Below, piece by piece: positions 61,005 to 64,000 of a stretch of DNA of 64,000 nucleotides. The position numbers were made by a program, and so were the translations under genes. Under the pieces are notes generated by a model. It was not told the DNA's origin. It was given only the letters and a program-made list of their open reading frames with translations, and made no database searches. Origin of the DNA: Candidatus Krumholzibacteriia bacterium (GTDB lineage Bacteria > Krumholzibacteriota > Krumholzibacteriia > WVZY01). The stretch is taken from NCBI GenBank assembly GCA_046754105.1, contig JBHHVD010000001.1, positions 48,383 through 112,382 on the forward strand. Direction: 5' to 3'. Every line of letters starts with the position of its first letter. Within the stretch, counting starts at the first letter, position 1.

Positions 61005-61991
61005 CTACGGCACTTCCACTGCGTCGAAAATCTGCTGGATGATCGCCTCGGAGTCGAGTTCCTCGGCTTCCGCCTCGTAGGTGACGATCACGCGGTGGCG
61101 GAGCACGTCGGCGGCCACCGACTTGACGTCTTCGGGCGTAACGTAGCCCCGTCCGCGCAGAAACGCGTGTGCCCGCGATGCCCGTGCGAGAAAGATCGTG
61201 GCGCGCGGCGAGGCCCCGTAGGCGATGAGATGTTTGACCGGGATCTTGAAGCTCTCCGGCTCACGCGTGGCGAAAACGATATCGAGGATGTAGTTCTTGA
61301 CCTTGTCATCCATATAGATACCGCGTATGAGTTCCTGGGCTTGTTTCAAGCGCTCGGGCTCAACCACGGGACCGATTTCCGGCAATCCTTCGACGGTCAC
61401 TCGTTCTAGAATCGTCTTCTCCTCTTCGCGATGCGGGTAGGTGATGCGGAGCTTCATCATGAAACGATCCACCTGCGCTTCGGGCAGCGGGTAGGTGCCT
61501 TCCTGTTCGATGGGATTCTGCGTGGCCATGACCAGAAAGGGAAAGTCGAGCTTGAAGGTCTCGCCGCCGATCGTTACCTGGCGTTCCTGCATGCATTCCA
61601 GCAAGGCGCTCTGCACCTTGGCCGGCGCGCGGTTGATCTCGTCCGCCAGGATCAGGTTGGAAAAGATCGGCCCTTTCTTGGCGGTAAACGAGTGGTCGCG
61701 CGGATCGTACACCTGGGTGCCGACGATGTCGGCGGGGAGCAGGTCCGGCGTGAACTGGATGCGTTGAAAGCCCGTATGGATCGCTCGCGCCAGCGTGCTC
61801 ACCGACAGCGTCTTGGCCAGCCCGGGCACACCCTCTATCAGCACGTGGCCGTCGCACAGAAGACCGATCAAGAGCCGGTCGATCAGGTAGCGCTGGCCGA
61901 CAATGACCCGCTGTACCGCCTTTTGCAGGTCGGGGACGAAACGGCTCTCCCGCTCGACCTGTTCGTTTATTGCCTGAACTTCGTAATCCAT
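61005..61991 (-). CDS. moxR: MoxR family AAA+ ATPase
   Basis: GVPGLAKT, RIQFTPDLLPAD, ADEINR, ATQNPIEQEGTYPLPEAQVDRF, GASPR. Confidence 0.96.
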   Translation of the reverse strand: MDYEVQAINEQVERESRFVPDLQKAVQRVIVGQRYLIDRLLIGLLCDGHVLIEGVPGLAKTLSVSTLARAIHTGFQRIQFTPDLLPADIVGTQVYDPRDHSFTAKKGPIFSNLILADEINRAPAKVQSALLECMQERQVTIGGETFKLDFPFLVMATQNPIEQEGTYPLPEAQVDRFMMKLRITYPHREEEKTILERVTVEGLPEIGPVVEPERLKQAQELIRGIYMDDKVKNYILDIVFATREPESFKIPVKHLIAYGASPRATIFLARASRAHAFLRGRGYVTPEDVKSVAADVLRHRVIVTYEAEAEELDSEAIIQQIFDAVEVP

Positions 61992-62281
61992 CCTCAACCT
62001 CCGTGTCGAAGAATCCCGAAACGCATATCTTAAACAAGCTTAGGGCATGATAGTTCCCGGTCACGGGCCCTCCGTACGGGCGGGCGCCGGGCGCGGATGA
62101 TGGTTGCGGTCCGGGCGCCCTTGCCCTAGAATCACAATCCCCCGCCCCGGGCGGCCGCGGGACCCGCCGGTCCGGGCCGTACAACCGTAACTCGTTAGTA
62201 TGAAATACAGTTAGCAGAAGGTTTTCCGCCGCACGAGCAGAAATGGTACCGGAAATATCGCATAAGTCAAGCGAGGCGGCA

Positions 62282-63190
62282 ATGGCGAACGCAGCCGGGC
62301 GGCGGCTGCCCGCCTACGGGCTCTTCGGTGCGGCGGTCATGGCCGCCGGCGAAGCCCTGCTTTGGCGCGGTTCAGACTGGGTCGAACAGTGGTTCACGCC
62401 GATCATGTGGACCGGCTATATCCTGCTGGTAGACGCCGTGATCCGCCGGCGCAAGGGGACCTCGCTGCTGTCGGATCACCCACTGGAGTTCTTCTTTCTC
62501 GCCATCATCTCCATCGGCAGCTGGGCGGTCTTTGAGGGCTACAACGTTGTGCTCAAGAACTGGACCTATATCGGGCTACCGGACAACCTCCTCGTTCGCT
62601 ACGCCGGGTACGCCTGGTCGTTCGCCACCATAACACCGGTCATGCTCCTGACGTACGAGCTGCTCGACGACATCCTGCCGGGTGAAAACCGGAACCTTAC
62701 CCCGCCCGCCGCGGCATCCGCGCACCGATCCACCGCCGCTCGAGGGAGCGCGACCACTTCACCGAGACTTCCCTCGGGACTCTTCTATTCTTTCGTGGTT
62801 TTCGGCCTGGCCTCCGTGGTCGTGCCGTTCATGTGGCCTTCGACCTACATGACACCGCTGGTGTGGGTGGGGTTTGCGTTCCTGCTCGATCCGATAAACG
62901 GGCGTCTGGGCGAACGCTCGTTCTTGTCGGAGTTCTTTACCGGCCGATTCCGATCCATGCCGATTATGTTTCTGGCGGGACTCATCTGCGGCATCCTGTG
63001 GGAGTTCTGGAATTACTGGGCCAGCACCAAGTGGCGGTACGATGTGCCGTACGTCGGGCATATCAAGATTTTTGAAATGCCCGTCCTCGGGTTTCTCGGG
63101 TTTCTCCCGTTCGCCGTCGAGTCGTATGCGGTTTACGTGTTCGTGCGGCGGCTGATACCGGTCAAGAGGGCGGTACGCTACCTTGGATAA
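62282..63190 (+). CDS. Conserved-looking multi-pass membrane protein of unknown function
   Basis: About 8 TMs; two similar motifs FEGYN..KNWTY and WEFWN..TKWRY; FEMPVLGFLGF. Confidence 0.75.
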   Translation: MANAAGRRLPAYGLFGAAVMAAGEALLWRGSDWVEQWFTPIMWTGYILLVDAVIRRRKGTSLLSDHPLEFFFLAIISIGSWAVFEGYNVVLKNWTYIGLPDNLLVRYAGYAWSFATITPVMLLTYELLDDILPGENRNLTPPAAASAHRSTAARGSATTSPRLPSGLFYSFVVFGLASVVVPFMWPSTYMTPLVWVGFAFLLDPINGRLGERSFLSEFFTGRFRSMPIMFLAGLICGILWEFWNYWASTKWRYDVPYVGHIKIFEMPVLGFLGFLPFAVESYAVYVFVRRLIPVKRAVRYLG

Positions 63191-63869
63191 TGCAAGCGCC
63201 TTCCAGCACCTGGTCGGCCCCGCGAAAGGGCTGATCTTCGACTTCGATGGATTCCTCGCCGACAGCGAGAAGTATCATTTTCTGTCCTACAAAGAGGTAT
63301 TCTCCCGGTACGGCCACGACATAGACGAAGTGGAGTACTACAAGTACTGGACCTCCCTCGGCCACGGCGCCAAAGGCGAGATCGAACGCCACAATCTGAA
63401 CCTCGACCGGGTTGCCATCCGTAACGAAAAGCTGCCGATCTTCTCGGGGTACTGCGAGGACGGGAGTATCGGGCTTTTTCCCGAGGCGCGCGAAATGCTG
63501 GAGATCTTCGCGCGCACCGACAAGACGCTCGCCATCGCGAGCGGCTCGGTCTCCGGCGATATCAAGGCGGTGCTGCGCAACGGTGGTGTCGAGGACATCT
63601 TCACGGCCATTATCGGCAGCGACACGGTCCCCGTCATCAAGCCAGAGCCGCTCGTATTCGTAAAGACGCTCGAGGCGATCTCATTGCCCGCGGACGAGTG
63701 CGTGATCTTCGAGGATGCGGAAAAAGGGATGATAGCGGCCAAAGCCGCGGGTATCCCGGTGATCGTGGTGCGAACCCGAGAGACCCGGGACTTTGACTTC
63801 AGCGCCGCCGACCTGGCCCTGGACTCTCACCGGGAGCTGATCGAGTGTGTGCGGCGCTCTGGACGATGA
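63183..63869 (+). CDS. HAD-superfamily phosphatase (beta-PGM/CbbY-like)
   Basis: IFDFDGFLADSE, IASGS, KPEP, FEDAEKG. Confidence 0.92.
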   Translation: MDNASAFQHLVGPAKGLIFDFDGFLADSEKYHFLSYKEVFSRYGHDIDEVEYYKYWTSLGHGAKGEIERHNLNLDRVAIRNEKLPIFSGYCEDGSIGLFPEAREMLEIFARTDKTLAIASGSVSGDIKAVLRNGGVEDIFTAIIGSDTVPVIKPEPLVFVKTLEAISLPADECVIFEDAEKGMIAAKAAGIPVIVVRTRETRDFDFSAADLALDSHRELIECVRRSGR

Positions 63870-63887
63870 GAGAGCGCCGGGGCACGG

Positions 63888-64000
63888 CTACTTCACTCCA
63901 CCTGTTGTCGTGTGAAGAATCGTACCGCCCGTGCCCACGACCGTCCCTTCCAGGGCACTCGTGAAGTAGACCCCCTCGAGCTGGTGACGCGCGCCGTTCG
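63888..64000 (-). CDS. 3' end of a YCF48/BNR-repeat beta-propeller protein (partial; absent from ORF track)
   Basis: Manual translation NGARHQLEGVYFTSALEGTVVGTGGTILHTTTGGVK* matches the L.GV.F...G..VG..GTIL.T..GG repeat. Confidence 0.65.
   Translation of the reverse strand, partial: NGARHQLEGVYFTSALEGTVVGTGGTILHTTTGGVK

Noticed and set aside
53377..61991. MoxR-DUF58-Bat cluster as a novel system
   Set aside because: Matches the known Bat operon layout; a BatB-BatC fusion is not remarkable.
63852..63879. Hairpin CGGCGCTCT/AGAGCGCCG over the HAD stop
   Set aside because: No U-tract on either strand; not enough to call a terminator.

Overview
High-GC bacterial chromosomal window, gene-dense, with no rRNA, tRNA, CRISPR array, integrase or transposase recognisable by eye. 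It contains gpmI; surface-glycan genes (GT2, rfbD, three GT-C/ArnT-PMT-like membrane glycosyltransferases, two of them tandem TPR fusions); a complete F0F1 ATP synthase operon; an orphan GAF-PAS histidine kinase; an ArsR/SmtB repressor plus P1B metal ATPase; an M28 peptidase; an SLC13 transporter; alkA; a short LeuA-family enzyme; a peptide ABC transporter lacking ATPase genes; mutM; a TIGR03960-type radical SAM; a Ser/Thr kinase-PP2C-FHA-HD-GYP signalling cluster; and a MoxR-DUF58-BatABCDE operon. The Bat operon, short epsilon subunit and C-terminal motif suggest an FCB-group diderm such as Krumholzibacteriota/Latescibacterota (inference only). Most notable: (1) three signal-peptide proteins from two unrelated families all end in [VI]PVExxTWGxIKA[LM]Y, a candidate C-terminal sorting/secretion signal; (2) an FHA protein whose N-terminal coiled coil resembles the archaeal CdvA helical domain, next to a PP2C and a receptor kinase; (3) a P1B-ATPase with non-canonical metal motifs (CCxxD, CSC, NEGG). 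All family calls are from motif recognition, not database searches; several starts were moved from the ORF track to more plausible codons.
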